Assembly (NCBI RefSeq): GCF_006345805.1
Contig: NC_042997.1
Location: 1-64,000 of the forward strand
DNA: 64,000 bases
Source: Octopus sinensis
Taxonomy: Eukaryota
Reading direction: 5' to 3'
A program made the translations under genes and the position numbers. The notes under the pieces are model-generated. The model ran no database searches and was not told the origin of the DNA. It was given only the letters and a program-made list of their open reading frames with translations. Position 1 is the first letter of the stretch, and every line of letters begins with the position of its first letter. Of this stretch, positions 26,780-40,135 are shown one piece after another.

Positions 26780-27570
26780 GAGGATCGCGTGGACCGCCTC
26801 TCCACACCAACCGATATGTACATCTTCAGCAGGGCAGGTACCACCCACTACAATGACACATCAGGGAAGAGTGGATTTTCCTAGAAGTTAGCATATATGG
26901 AGGACCCCCAACCACAACCTCTGCACCAGAAGAGGACTAGGAAGAGAAAAGTAATGTGTTTCAACTTCCACTTAACCTAGAAGTTTTCAACAATGTAGCT
27001 AGAAGCTACTTAATAAGCACTTCCATCGGGCGACAAGTACTATAATTTTTTCAAGCCACATAACATTAAGGTGAGCGACTCTTCCTTAGATGACATCGCA
27101 TCTAACACTGAACGCTGCAATAGACGCAAACATATACCTGAACAACCTCCAACCCTAACTTGTAATTCCCGATACTCTACCAGTTGCCCTTTAAGCGGAT
27201 TCTGTCTCTAAAGGGCTGTAGTCTACAGAGCCACACACATACAAACCAATGGCATACAAACACTACATGTGCATCGCAGACAACGACTTCAAGGGAAGGT
27301 ACACGCAGCATATTGACTCCCTTAGATACAGGGGTAGAGAGAATTCCACCTCTTTGTTCGTTTCTTCAGAAATCTTCTCGACCTCCCGAATGAAGCTCCA
27401 ACATCGAATGGCCCATCATTGACAGGACCTCATCTTAATCACCCGGTTTCCGCAATTCCAGCTATGTCTCCGTTAAAGATGGCATATTTTTCACCAACCT
27501 GCTATATCTGTCAATAAGAAACATGCGCTATCTTATGGCTGCCGTCAGAGGTACTCCCTCCTGGTGAACT
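26780..27570 (+). mobile_element. Penelope-like element remnant (linker + GIY-YIG endonuclease)
   Basis: RTRKRKVMCFN, NIKVSDS, SCPLSGFCL, VVYRA, HYMCIADNDFKGRYTQHIDSL, in the order typical of PLE RT-GIY-YIG proteins; frameshifted. Confidence 0.75.
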
Positions 27571-28126
27571 TCAAACCACTGGCCGCTGATAACACAGATA
27601 TACTATTCGCTGCACTTCTGCTGTAGCTGCTCCACAATCAAGGACAAGGTCTTTTACAACCGATGCCCATGCAGACCGATGTCATGTAGACCAATATCTA
27701 TGCAGACCATAGGCCGACATGCCTAACTTATGCATCTCAGATAATCCCTTACGTTTGACTCCCTATACTTGGGCGAGTGCTCGCACACACATACACCTAA
27801 GTACTTATGCTTTTCCTCTCTTTCTCTCCCATTCTTCACACCATGAAATCTGAGTTAAATGTCATTCTCCACTCCCTAGAAACGTTGTTGTAACCCCACT
27901 AGCATGCATCTATCATGCTCGCAGAATAAGTGCCAAAATATTCACTCACACACACACATACACACACTCCAGAAAAAGCGCATGCGTGCATGCATACATG
28001 TTCTTCCAGAAAAAAGGTACACATTTATATGTTCAGATATAAACACAGAATTGTACATACCCACGTTCGCCAATCATCCATACCACACACACCGGTACAT
28101 GTACTCTAAACACGTACGCACACATG

Positions 28127-28222
28127 ATTATACTGTAGCAACTAACACACACACATATACACACACAATTATACTGTAAGCACTAACACACACAATTATA
28201 CTGTAGGCACTAACACACACAC
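28127..28222. repeat. Three imperfect copies of attatactgta(g/a)gcactaacacacaca
   Basis: Units start at 28127, 28168 and 28195. Confidence 0.9.
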
Positions 28223-28278
28223 ATACACACCCACCACTGATACACATAGCTAGGCGTTTCACACCCACACCTACGTAC

Positions 28279-28560
28279 TTGTATATCTGGTAAATACAAA
28301 CACAGCCTTGCCGAGGATGTTTCTGCTGTCCTGCAAGTCCCTTCGAAGACCGGCCTGACACTAAGGTACACCAGCGTTCTGTCCGGCCTTGTGGTCCGGA
28401 AAATTCTCATCTCTCTTGCATCTGGTGTCGCTGGAATGCCGATTTCATTTCTAACAACACCGCGTGACCTGCTTTGACCAACAGCAGTCCGATTTCCGTT
28501 AGCCATCTTGGATTTCCTGTATTTCTCCATTTGTTTAAATGAAATCTTTAATTCGCATGG
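28279..28560 (-). promoter_or_regulatory. CpG-rich unique segment: candidate promoter or first exon of a minus-strand gene
   Basis: Markedly higher GC and CpG than the flanks; AAGATGGC motif; 84-codon open frame 28530-28279 ending exactly at a CAA|GTACGT donor. No product recognised. Confidence 0.4.
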
Positions 28561-28580
28561 GGCCGAATCAACCTGTTTTA

Positions 28581-28614
28581 AATAATAATAATAATAATGA
28601 TGACGATGCTAATG

Positions 28615-28670
<56 letters not shown>

Positions 28671-28696
28671 TCAATTTTGTTCAGCTGTGTATTGAT

Positions 28697-28737
<41 letters not shown>
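28581..28737. repeat. (AAT)n and (CA)n microsatellites
   Basis: Direct reading. Confidence 0.95.
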
Positions 28738-28741
<4 letters not shown>

Positions 28742-29015
28742 GCACACACACATATGTATTTCTTCTCAGCACATTTTTATCACAACGTCCTTAGAACAAT
28801 TATATAGCAATTAAGTTGTCACTAAGAAAATTTGTTATGGAAGGAAGTTGAATGGTAGAAATTTTAGGTCCAAAGACCTAAAATTTCTACCATTTATATA
28901 TAGTTACCACCGTTTGCTTGATCAACTTATATACCTCTTGGTCTCCTTTCTTTTTTATTTCGTTTCATCCAAAATTTCGAACTGAACTATATTTCCTTCT
29001 CTATATATTTCTGGC

Positions 29016-29216
29016 AGGAACGTTAGGACGTCGAGCGAAGTGCTTAGCGGTATTTCCTCTGTCTTTACGTTCTGAGTTCAAATTCCGCCGAGTTTGACTT
29101 TGTTTTTTATCCTTTCGGGGTCGATAAATTTAGTACCAGTTACTAAATGTAACTGGTAGATGTAATCGACTGGCTCCTCCCCCCAAATTTCGGGCCTTGT
29201 GCCTAGAGTTGAAAAG
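29016..29216 (+). mobile_element. Family A SINE with 14 bp target-site duplication
   Basis: tatatatttctggc at 29002-29015 and 29217-29230. Confidence 0.9.
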
Positions 29217-29724
29217 TATATATTTCTGGCTTTCTAACAACATAGGAAATAAATATTTGTAGCCGCAATAATATCCTCGACATATACCTGAACATCTCAA
29301 GATCTCATTTGCTTTGTAATGTCAATCATCTGTCTTGATCTTGTGTATGAACTGAATAATAATAACGAATCGAAGAGTTATGAAGACTTCAGGTTATTGA
29401 CTTGATTCATTTCTATGAAGTTGACATTTTTCTATTGAGAAAGTATGGAAGCTGACATCATTTTAAACTTCCATGAACATAAATTATGACGTGTCACTAT
29501 AAACAATCGTTTATTCAGATTGTGTAATATAAGTATTAGGGTTACCGAAAAGTAATGTATGTTCTGGTAAATTGTCTGATATCTTACCACAGCTAGTTTA
29601 CCAATAGAAGCCAATATAAGGTGCTCTTGCAGTCAACCGATTAACGTAGTATCACTGGACAAACATCAATGTGGATGATCGCTGTGTGCTTATGTGTTTG
29701 TTGCACATTGAAGACAAAGACTTT

Positions 29725-30330
29725 AGTGATGGTACATATTCGGCATTGCATGCTTTAAGAACTTCATAAGGGCAACAATACAGCGTACACAAAGGAAAAC
29801 ATATGTATTCCTTTTCCTTAACAAGTGAGTGTTCAGTAATGCCAAAGACGGTTTAATAAATTCAAAAGCGGATGGGTATCAATCAGGAAGACTAACTGCT
29901 CTTAGAATGACGCAATGAAAACAGCATCTGAAGAGAATCTGCGTCAAAGTATCGGAGATTTATATCCGAGGCGAAATAAATCTTGGTCCACTGTGCAAGA
30001 TCATCTGAAGTAGATTGGAAAAGTTTACAGAGAAGGGAAGATAAGCCTAGAAAAGACGAATTCATTAGGCTGGGAAGTTCTGCTTCACCCTCTCCCTACT
30101 TACAAGATCCAGCGCTATCAGAGTTTTACTTATCCAAGTTACTCGAACATTTTACCTGTGGAAAAACTTTAAGAAACAGGGGCAATGTCGAAACAGCACT
30201 GTAAACATGTTTCTCTTGTAAAAGATCTGATTTTTTTTTGCCTGGGGAATTAGAGAACTGATGTTTCTAACGATGGCGATTATATTTTGAATGAATAAAT
30301 ATAATTACGATATGTTTCATGCTGATTTGA
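29725..30330 (+). mobile_element. Decayed mariner transposase
   Basis: VHIRHCML*ELHKGNN (N-terminus) and LGWEVLLHP..YLQDPALSEFYL (decayed LGWEVLPHPPYSPDLAPSDFYL). Confidence 0.7.
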
Positions 30331-32289
30331 AATCATTACTTGAAATGCGATATTGCTTTTTGGTACACCTTAATAGAATGCAAAATAGTGGACTCTACAA
30401 GCCGGTCTCTGTTATAGAGATTAATTAAAACTCAGTGCTTGACCGACAAACAACTGACAGATGAGGCTGTTTCATATCCTGTTACGAGTACTGAATAATA
30501 TTTATTGCTAATTATTTCACTCCAACGACACTGTACACCTTTTATTATCTTTTAGAGAGAAAGGGAACCGATGAGCATAACCTTTTACAGTACTACCAAA
30601 GTTGGTAGAAGGGAGGGAAGAAAAAATTTCAAAGACCTGGCTCGAATGTTTGCAACAAAATGAACTCCACCAAGTTCACCGAAGTGTCAGTTGGTGAAGT
30701 TACACAGGGCGAAGCATTAAGTTTATCAAAATCAAGAGCCTCTCCAACTCTAAATTATTGAGCTGTTAAGTGGATGAATTTCGGTGTTTTAATGCTCTCT
30801 AGTGCTTAATTATATTCTCATTACTTTGAATAGTCCTAAGCTAAGCAGTAGCTCACTTGTCTTCAGAGATTAGATAAAGGATGAACTATTTTTATTAAAC
30901 TTCTTGTACTTTGTAATGACCTACTTCAATCTATTACCAACACAGACACCATTATATACTCTAGATGAAGTACAAATTTAATAATAGAAAGTGCTATAAT
31001 AATTTTCATATGTCTTCCCTCATAATATAGCATCTAATTTGCTATTTGCTATACGAACACATTTTTGGGAACTTTTTTCAATAACATTTTTATGGTTTTA
31101 TTTTCTGTTGATTTTCCTTTGGTATAAAATTCTTATTGTATTATTTCTGAATCACATTCCATCTTGTGTTGTGCAGGAACGAGCTAATGCAATTTAACTC
31201 TATCTGCAGCAGCTGGTATAAGAAAACAACTTTATAATTCTTTTATGTACACTTTCAGTAAAATATATGATAAAAAAAAACAAAAAAACAAAAACAAAGA
31301 AAAAAACGAAACGATATTCCATAGTATGAGTTTGGTAATTATTATAGAAAAGTTAATTTTGTTTGAGCTACTACGTTCTTGCTAATGCCGAGGGTTTTAG
31401 TGTTGCAATGACTAATTTTAACATCACACCTATTTAATATGGTATCTATTTGTGCATGTTGATATAACCAAATACCAGTAATCCGTGAGCATCAGTGTTG
31501 TATACATACATCAGTCTTGAAGAATTAATATGATTCACTTGTTTACTTGTATACTAGAGTCAATCTAATCCCTGTACTGCGAACAAAGAATGCTTAATGC
31601 TTAGTATTTGTGTTAGAGTTAGAGTTATATTTAATTACCTTAAGTTTTGCATGCAGTAACGTGTCAATAAAAGTTTTTTGTAAATAGTTACATTTCTTTG
31701 CGCTCAGAATCATGAGTGATCGTGGGTTTTCAACATCTTGCGCTTCGTGCTCCCTTTGCAACAGTGATCTCTCCTTATAATCTGTAGATTACCTATCTAT
31801 TTCACCGTTGTATTTTGTCAAGTAAAATATGTTTTGCTGACAGTATTTCAATATTATTCTACTCTTTTGTGTAAAGTATGAAATTGTATTGTTATATGAT
31901 ATTTATTTGCTGCGCAAAGTTGACATTGCCTTGCTTTTGGTATATTTGATTAATATATCAATTTTTCAATTTCTGCAATAATGTAATATTGCTCGTTTCC
32001 TCGTTTCTGGGAATGATGATACGGCTTTTGAAACTGCCTTCGATGTAACTTTTTCCGTTTTTACACCTAAGATGATTCCATTGCTTTGAAGATTGTTGCT
32101 TTGATAAAAGCTGGCAGAAATCTTTAGTTATGGAATATCATTTGGATATCAGGATAGCAATCTGATTGGCTGTACAATGTTTGTTCGTTAGTATGCAGCA
32201 ACATTTTATATTCAGCTATGTATATTTAATACTGACGTTCTTTTTACGAAACGACTGGTAGTACTTGTAAATAGGTTTCTTAACCTGTG

Positions 32290-32540
32290 ATGAATATACT
32301 TCACGTACCTGGTAAACACATCTTAAACAACATAACTTACAAAATTAGCATAGCCTCTAATGTACGACAGAATAACAACAATGCTGTGGTGGATTGTCAC
32401 AGTAGTATTAAAAAGAAGACCAACTGCATGTTCATTCAATTCAACGTCATAAAATTATATTCTTCTGTGCCCAAACACTTCTTAACAAGGTACATGAAAT
32501 TGAAACGATACACAACACTAGCAGCAACAATTTAAACTCT
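32290..32540 (+). mobile_element. Penelope-like RT remnant
   Basis: KHILNNI...KKKTNCMFIQFNVIKLYSSV resembles the PLE RT motif FIxFDIxxFYPSI. Confidence 0.55.
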
Positions 32541-33636
32541 TTTTGCAGGGATTCCGGTAAAGACGGGGCAGAGAGAAGAAGAACTAGATTAATTATATTT
32601 TCAGACCATAATATTAGTTATAATATTTTGACTCTTCTAACATCATCCATATGTCATTTGGCCACGGTAAACGACACCTGGGTTAAGCCTACAATCACGA
32701 AATAGGTATTAATCCTAATGAAATTCTTCACAGTTTTTGTTTAGCCTACGAAACTGAAATAGCTATCTGTTGATAGCTTTCATGGTTGCTTGAAGCTTTT
32801 AGTCCTTATATGTTATACATTAATACCATAAAGTTACTACTATGAAACCATTACATAATTTTTAAAATCCCATTTTCTCCAAACATACATCCATAAACTC
32901 GAACCTACATGGCATAAATACAATGTAGGTTGCACAACGCTTTTGTTTTAGTGCGACATACATATATACAAAGGTATGAGTAGGTACGTGTGTGTAGGAT
33001 GGGTGTGTGTTTGTGTGCTTGTGCATGCATTTGTGTACATATGTGTACGCTGTGTTTATGTGCGTACGTTCTTTCTCGTGGTACGACCAACTTCAGTGTT
33101 TCGGTATCATAATCATTAAATTAGTTACTGCGCAGTAACATTAACGACGATTTATATATTTACAGAGCTACAGTCGGCAACTTTTAAGCATCTTCAGTGA
33201 ATGGTTCCAATTCAGAACTTTGAATCCCGAATCATCGCTTTAATGAATCCTAGTTTTAATTTTCATTACTTGACCTGTGGTGTGCAACAGCACATTTCAA
33301 TTTAAACTCAACAGGCACAGCCATCATTAATTAATGAACTCCTTTTCTGAATTAAACTTTAAACTTTATACCTACAAATTAGTTGTTGTCAATGGATACT
33401 ACTCACTAGACTGTTTCGTTCATATTAAGCAGAAAAATGCTAAATCTTTGCTGTTATGTTATAAAACTTCACAGCAATTTCAGCAAGGACACAAAAGAAT
33501 TAATCATTATTTATTGCTAAGTATGTAACTCAATCTTATACATCACAACCAGTTTCCAGTGAAACAACATTACTAATGATAATTAAACGGGGATATATTA
33601 CGTTAAAATAAAAAAAAAAAGCACTAGACTACAGTT

Positions 33637-33707
33637 TCAGGGGATAGGTTCGTTCTTGTTCTTCCGTGGTGTGAATTCAAAGTGAAAGCCAATACCATGA
33701 CGAGCAG
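33637..33707 (-). CDS. Candidate terminal coding exon, product unknown
   Basis: Strong acceptor atgttttcttgtttctag|; phase-1 frame ARHGIGFHFEFTPRKNKNEPIP* (alternative phase-0 frame LLVMVLAFTLNSHHGRTRTNLSPETVV*); AATAAA about 125 nt downstream. No upstream exon was linked. Confidence 0.25.
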
Positions 33708-33863
33708 CTAGAAACAAGAAAACATAAATCAAACCACCAAGTCTGTGCAACATAATTAGCGTTACCACTTTTCTTTTATTACTACTCTTGAGGTGATAGA
33801 ATAAATCACTGCTGAACTAAAGCGAAATAAATCCGTCGATTTTTAAACAGCAAAACAAATATT

Positions 33864-33901
<38 letters not shown>

Positions 33902-34579
33902 GACTTGCATATATATGTATGTGTATGTAATGTGTATGTATGTGAAAAGAAAAATATTAGAGAATATGAAAATAAAATAGAATAAGAATGATAGAGATAA
34001 AGAGAGAAATAAGCCTGAAGGAAATGTAAAAACGAAAAAGGAAGGATGACAGAATAACACAAAAGCAAATGATAAATAAAATAATTGCAAAAGACAAACA
34101 AATATGAAAGAAATAAGAATGAAAAAGAGGGAATGAGAAAAATGGTGTGTGAAATATGAACCGTTTGGTGGCGGAGTTTAAACCAATTATTACAAGACCG
34201 TTAGAGCTTTTCTCTTACGTTAAAATACAATAATGATAGCCATAAAACATGATTTAAAAGGTTGCAGTGTAATTTCCATCGCAGACGCCATCATAATAAA
34301 CTAAAAAAGTAAAATTCATATATATATATAAAAATATATTAATATTATATTTGAAAAAAAAAACATACAAATCTTATAAAAATATATGGTAACCGAGGTC
34401 TACTATTTTGACAGGTCACGTGGAAAAAGCTAATGCACTAGGTACGATTTATCTCTGTTGGAGAGATATAAAGTAACTTTTTTAATATTCAAACTTCCAC
34501 TAATTTAGGCTAGTTATCCTCTGAAGCTGCGATTAATAGGAGAGAATAAACAGTAAATCGATCACGTACGTTAGTGTAT

Positions 34580-34671
34580 GAATGTGTGTGTTAGCTTATG
34601 TTTGTGTATCTTTCTATATATAATTATATTAACTCCCGGCAGTTCCATATATGTTTGTATGTTTGTATGTT

Positions 34672-34733
<62 letters not shown>

Positions 34734-35635
34734 ATATAATATATATATATATATGTATGTATATATGTATGTATATATACATATATGTGTGTATGTGTGC
34801 GTTTGTATTATGCATGTATATTGTATATGTATGTGTTTGTATACACATATATACTATTTATATATATAGGTATTAATATATAGAAAATATGGATATCCAT
34901 GTATATATACATAATAAATATTGTGTGTACGTATATGTACACACAATACATCTATTTAGACACACACGCGCAAATATATATATACATGCATAGTACATAC
35001 ACACACATACATACATACATTTATATATTATATATATATATATATATTATATATATATATATATAAACATATGCATATATATATACACATAAACACACAC
35101 AGATATATTTGTACACAAACATGCATTATAGGCGCACATACACGCACACACACACATACACGCACACGTATATACACGTGTGTATTGTATATGATATTTG
35201 TCATATTTAGATGTTTACATTTAAGCGTTTATGCGTATGAGAATCAAAAAATTACAGAATCGTTACAGTCACAAACACTTATATGGAAAAAGAAACACAC
35301 GAAAGCACATATTAAATGCTTTAATGTATGTTGCCTCTATGTAGCTTTGACTTCCTTGTTATGGATGTGCTCGTGTAATTGTACGTGGGTGTATATGCAT
35401 TTCTGCATATTAATTTAAAGTAAATTATAGCATCTGTGTTTTTCCATACTTTAGCAATCCCACCCATTTATTATTTCATTACGAAGGATATATATATATA
35501 TATATATGTATATATATGTATGTATGTATACACATGTATATAAATATATATATGTTTATATATATATACACACACACATTTATGTGCTGGTATATATATA
35601 TATATATATATATATAATCTATTATCTATACGCAC

Positions 35636-35693
<58 letters not shown>

Positions 35694-36137
35694 ATATGAA
35701 TATATGTAATATGTATGTATATACATATTATACATATTATACATCCACCCTCAAAGAAACACACACACACACACATGTGTGTATGTATACAAACACTTAA
35801 TTTAATGCAAATAGAAGCAAACACGCAGAAATATTCATACACACATAAAATATGTAGGTACAGAAATTTAATAAACGAGGAGAGGTGGGTAGAGAGCAGA
35901 CAAGAAAACCAGCTACAGTGTGATAGCAAACTGATTTTAATCTGAAAATACATTTGATGTGACACATTTACGTTTACATTTGTATATTTATGAGTGCAAT
36001 AACACATATATCTAGAAATGCACATAAAGTACCTTGCCAAGCGCATGCACTTGTTTTTCGTAGTCATGACCAAGCTCATGTGCACGTGAGCATACTCATT
36101 CGCATTTCTTCCTCTCCCTTTCCTTCCATCCTCTGTA

Positions 36138-36168
<31 letters not shown>

Positions 36169-36225
36169 ATGTATGTATGTATGTATGTAGTATGTATGTA
36201 TGTATGTATGTATGATGTATGTATG

Positions 36226-36279
<54 letters not shown>

Positions 36280-36294
36280 ATATGTATATATATG

Positions 36295-36362
<68 letters not shown>
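34580..36362. repeat. Compound (TA)n/(TATG)n/(CA)n microsatellite region
   Basis: Direct reading. Confidence 0.93.
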
Positions 36363-36366
<4 letters not shown>

Positions 36367-36654
36367 CTTTACTACCCACAAGGGGCTAAACACAGAGGAG
36401 ACAAACAAGGACAGACATAGGTATTAAGTCGATTACATCGACCCCCAGTGCGTAACTGGTACTTAATTTATCGACCCCGAAAGGATGAAAGGCAAAGTCG
36501 ACCTCGGCGGAATTTGAACCCAGAACGTTTCGTCTGCCGTTGCGTTCTGGGTTCAAATTCCGCCGAGGTCGACTTTGCCTTTCATCCTTTCGGGGTCGAT
36601 AAATTAAGTACCAGTTACGCACTGGGGTCGATGTAATCGACTTAATACCTATGT
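36362..36654. mobile_element. Family A SINE fold-back (head-to-head inverted duplication)
   Basis: Arms 36415-36527 and 36543-36654 are reverse complements except for one C indel; 15 nt spacer. Confidence 0.95.
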
Positions 36655-36819
36655 ATATATATATATATATATATATGCGTAATGTAATAGTTTAGAAAAA
36701 ACCCATTGGTTTCATATCTAGCGTGAACTAGACATCTCATGAGTTTCTCTAAAAGGTAACCGTTCTCTGCAAAGAATGTTTCTTTTTTAAAACACAAGAA
36801 CGCCGGTGATAGTTTCAAG

Positions 36820-37110
36820 AAATATTCCTCTTAAAAAATTATAGCTGAACGAGTTGTCTTCCTTGGCTAGTTTTGAAATTTTGAAGTAAAAATTTCCGAA
36901 GATGTGGACAGCTCCTCACGGCTTTCGTCCTGGATTTAAGGTATCCTCCTGGCTCATGTGAGTTCATGAGGATTATATATATTTCTGCCATACACAATTT
37001 ATACTTGTGATAGGATCCACAAGCTTCCAGCAATTTCCACCTGATGTCTTTAGGCGCCATACGTATGCTGCGAGTGTTGTTGTGTATGCTGGTCTCCTGA
37101 ATTATGATGT
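36820..37110 (-). mobile_element. Penelope-like GIY-YIG C-terminal remnant
   Basis: DIRWKLLEACGSY...KLCMAEIYII...YLKSRTKAVRSCPHLRKFLLQNFK matches the PLE pattern IxWxIL...CxLCxxEK..I...LNxRxE....CxHxxKxxL. Confidence 0.65.
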
Positions 37111-37116
37111 TGTAAC

Positions 37117-37151
<35 letters not shown>

Positions 37152-37405
37152 ATATTTAGAGGACTGACCACTAAAAGTGGACAGCTTATATGCTAAACAT
37201 AGACGTCAAATCGCCATTACCACGAAGAATGTGTTCTCAAGAAAAATCTCAGCAAAAAACCAAAATGTAAAAATGTATAGTTTGTCCACTTTTATTGTTC
37301 AGTCATCTAAATTTTGTATGTAATATAGTTTGTAATCTTCGGATTAAAAAAAAAATATGCTAAGCCACTGGTTTTAATTGATTAATATCAATGTCTACCC
37401 TTATC

Positions 37406-37472
<67 letters not shown>

Positions 37473-38427
37473 AGATGCATAAGTGTCTTTCTCTCTCTCT
37501 CTCACTCTCTCTCTAGACACACACACACACATTTATATATAATACATATATTGTATGTGCATGTGTATGAGTCATTCAAACAAAATTCATGAAAATAAAC
37601 GAATAAAGAGGGACACTTTTTAAATAGTCATTCGAAAGCTAGTTTCAATATATATATACTCATGTAAATACATTTGAAAACGTATATTTGTATACATGAA
37701 GATGTGTGTATGTTTGCATGAGTGTATGTGTATGTATGTGTGCGTGTGTGTATGTGTGTACACATATTCTTGTACACACATAAACACACATATAAATAAA
37801 ATTTACAGAAAGAATTGCAGATACTTTTTGTATTGAATACGTACGTATAGACATGTATACACACACACACACACATGCACGCGCGCACACACAGACATGT
37901 ATATACATCTATATCAGTCATTTAATAATTGTATTTATATGTATACATGCCGAATCACTTCTGCTTCAGTGGTCAGTATATGTAGAGAAGTGTTTTTAAA
38001 TGCTGACATGATCTTTTAGCTTCAGTATTCTGTGATCTATTTGTCATAATAATTCCAAATGAGTTCCAGCAACAATTTTGTCAGATATGTTACGCTATGT
38101 TGGTTAATGATGGGAAATTGCTGAAATATTAATTGGACGCAGCATCGCAATTCCCAATTCATTTATATTAAAATATTTATTTATTTATTATTTACAGTTT
38201 TCTGGTTTCAGAAATGGTCGCGAGGAATATCAGTAACTATTTATTCTAGTGTGTAATGAATTTCTTGCGAAATATTAGTCTTCGAAATATTGTAGGGAAC
38301 ATGAGAAGAAGAGCAGAGTTTCGGTATATTCTTGTCTTTCTAATTTTGTTTTTGATAGTAAATCCGCCAGTACAAATGTAAACGCATATATAGAGTCATG
38401 TGTGTGTATTTCTGTGTTTGTGTTTTC

Positions 38428-38459
<32 letters not shown>

Positions 38460-39439
38460 TGTGTGTGTGGTGTGTGTGTGTATGCATGTGTAATCGTTCC
38501 CCCTGGTTTCATCATGTTTCACTGTGCGTCTTTTTAAATCCTTGTATGATTATATAGATATTCAAGGCCATCAATTTCCAGGAAGAAAACCTGTGCTGTT
38601 GCGACTTCGATCAACTTGGCCATGGACTTGACATAATCTTGGCAGGATTCGAGCCAACGTTAAATTTTCAGCCACAGAACTCTATGCTTTACATTGAAAA
38701 TAATAACGCATAACCGAGTATTATATTTCATGTAAAACATATAGTCTTAATTTACATATCTAATTAATGCTGAGTTCTTTACGATAAAGTATTCGTACTT
38801 GAGAAATGTAAAAATGTAAATACTTAAGATTAAATACTTATGTTTGGAGTCAATCTTACGCACTGGAACCGTTGAGCGCTGATTGAGACTTCATATTACG
38901 TTATCTTGTAAGTATATTGTCTTGGAAACAATTTCAGCTTCCATACTGTATCGCAAGGCCAGAGGTTGAAACCTAAAAAGTCAGACACCCGCCTCCTGTT
39001 ATACATTTTAGTCCCTATGTTGACAAGCTTTTTATTTTCGTTGTAAACTTCCTGAAATACAGACTTTTAACTATCTTTGCGAATATCATAGCGCAGTAAT
39101 GCTGGAAAACGAAGTCATAGTAAGAACGTTAGATATGACAGAACTGAAGCAGTTGTTTCTTTGTTAATCCCCTAAGCCTCACTGAGTGTTTGAAGATTAG
39201 ATGCAGTTTTCCCTGTAAATATGCTTCAAATGTTTGAAAAGGTATTACTGACTCCTCATGTATTTTTAGTGGATCATACGCTTGACGATTTTGTGACAAT
39301 ATTTAGCTTTATCGTTAACACAGACGATACTGGGTGAGAATTTGATCAAATTGGTAAAAATAAAGAGGCAAGAAGTTAAGAGAGCAAAGCCCTTCAAAAC
39401 TACTCGAAGGCTTTTCAATGTTTAGAGAAAACGTTATGA

Positions 39440-39563
39440 GGCGCAGGCATGACCGTGTGATAAGAAGTTTGCTTCCCAAACACACGTAGTACCTTGGGCA
39501 AGTGTCTTCTAATATAGTAGTTGGTAGACGGAAACTGAAAGAAGCCCGTCGTATCTCTCTCTT

Positions 39564-39600
<37 letters not shown>

Positions 39601-40135
39601 TTATAATAAGATTAACTCGTATACGAGTGGGTATATATTTGTAAAAAATGAAGTTTGAAAATGCTGCTATATTAGACAAATTTTAATTTTTATATAGACA
39701 TTATTTATTTAACATGTTTCGGTTCTTGAAATGACGAACCTTATAAAAAAAAATTATATATAAAAAAGATAGTTCATGCTATCAAATATAAAAAATTCAT
39801 ATATAATATTCAATAGAGTCAAACATAAAAAATTCATATATAGTAAAGCGAGTCCATGCTATATGTTTAAAGAGTATGATGTAGTAGTTCATAGTGGTGA
39901 TATGTATATATATATACGTGCATGTGTGCTTGTACCCCATTATCACTTGACAAGTGGCGTTGGTGTGTTTACGTCCCGCAACTTTGCAGTTCGGCCAAAG
40001 AGACCGATAGAATAAGTACCAGACTTTAAAAATATATGTACTGAGGTCGGTTCATTCGACTAAAAACTCTCGAAGGCGGTCCCGTAGCATGGACGCAGTC
40101 AAATGACTGAAACAAATAAAAGACAAAAGTAAAAA
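39440..40135 (+). mobile_element. Family B SINE split by about 370 bp of other sequence
   Basis: Head and CORE at 39440-39552 and tail at 39925-40135, separated by (TC)n(TA)n and AT-rich sequence. Confidence 0.8.

Noticed and set aside
28279-28354. Spliced peptide resembling TOM7 (R-[WY]-x5-V-x-Y-[LI]-G-x-K)
   Set aside because: The conserved GFIP glycine and proline and the C-terminal segment are absent, and the frame has no start codon. No gene symbol assigned.
13760-31215. Additional + strand exon candidates (about 13760, 30556, 31177) that can also be chained in frame
   Set aside because: Several mutually exclusive chains could be built, showing that phase compatibility alone overfits in this sequence.
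36020-36090. Minus-strand AHELGH metalloprotease-like motif before a donor
   Set aside because: It lacks the HExxHxxGxxH spacing, has a stop immediately upstream, and has no acceptor.
38530-38660. Protein-like minus frame RWLESCQDYVKSMAKLIEV...
   Set aside because: Bounded by stops at both ends, with no usable acceptor or donor.
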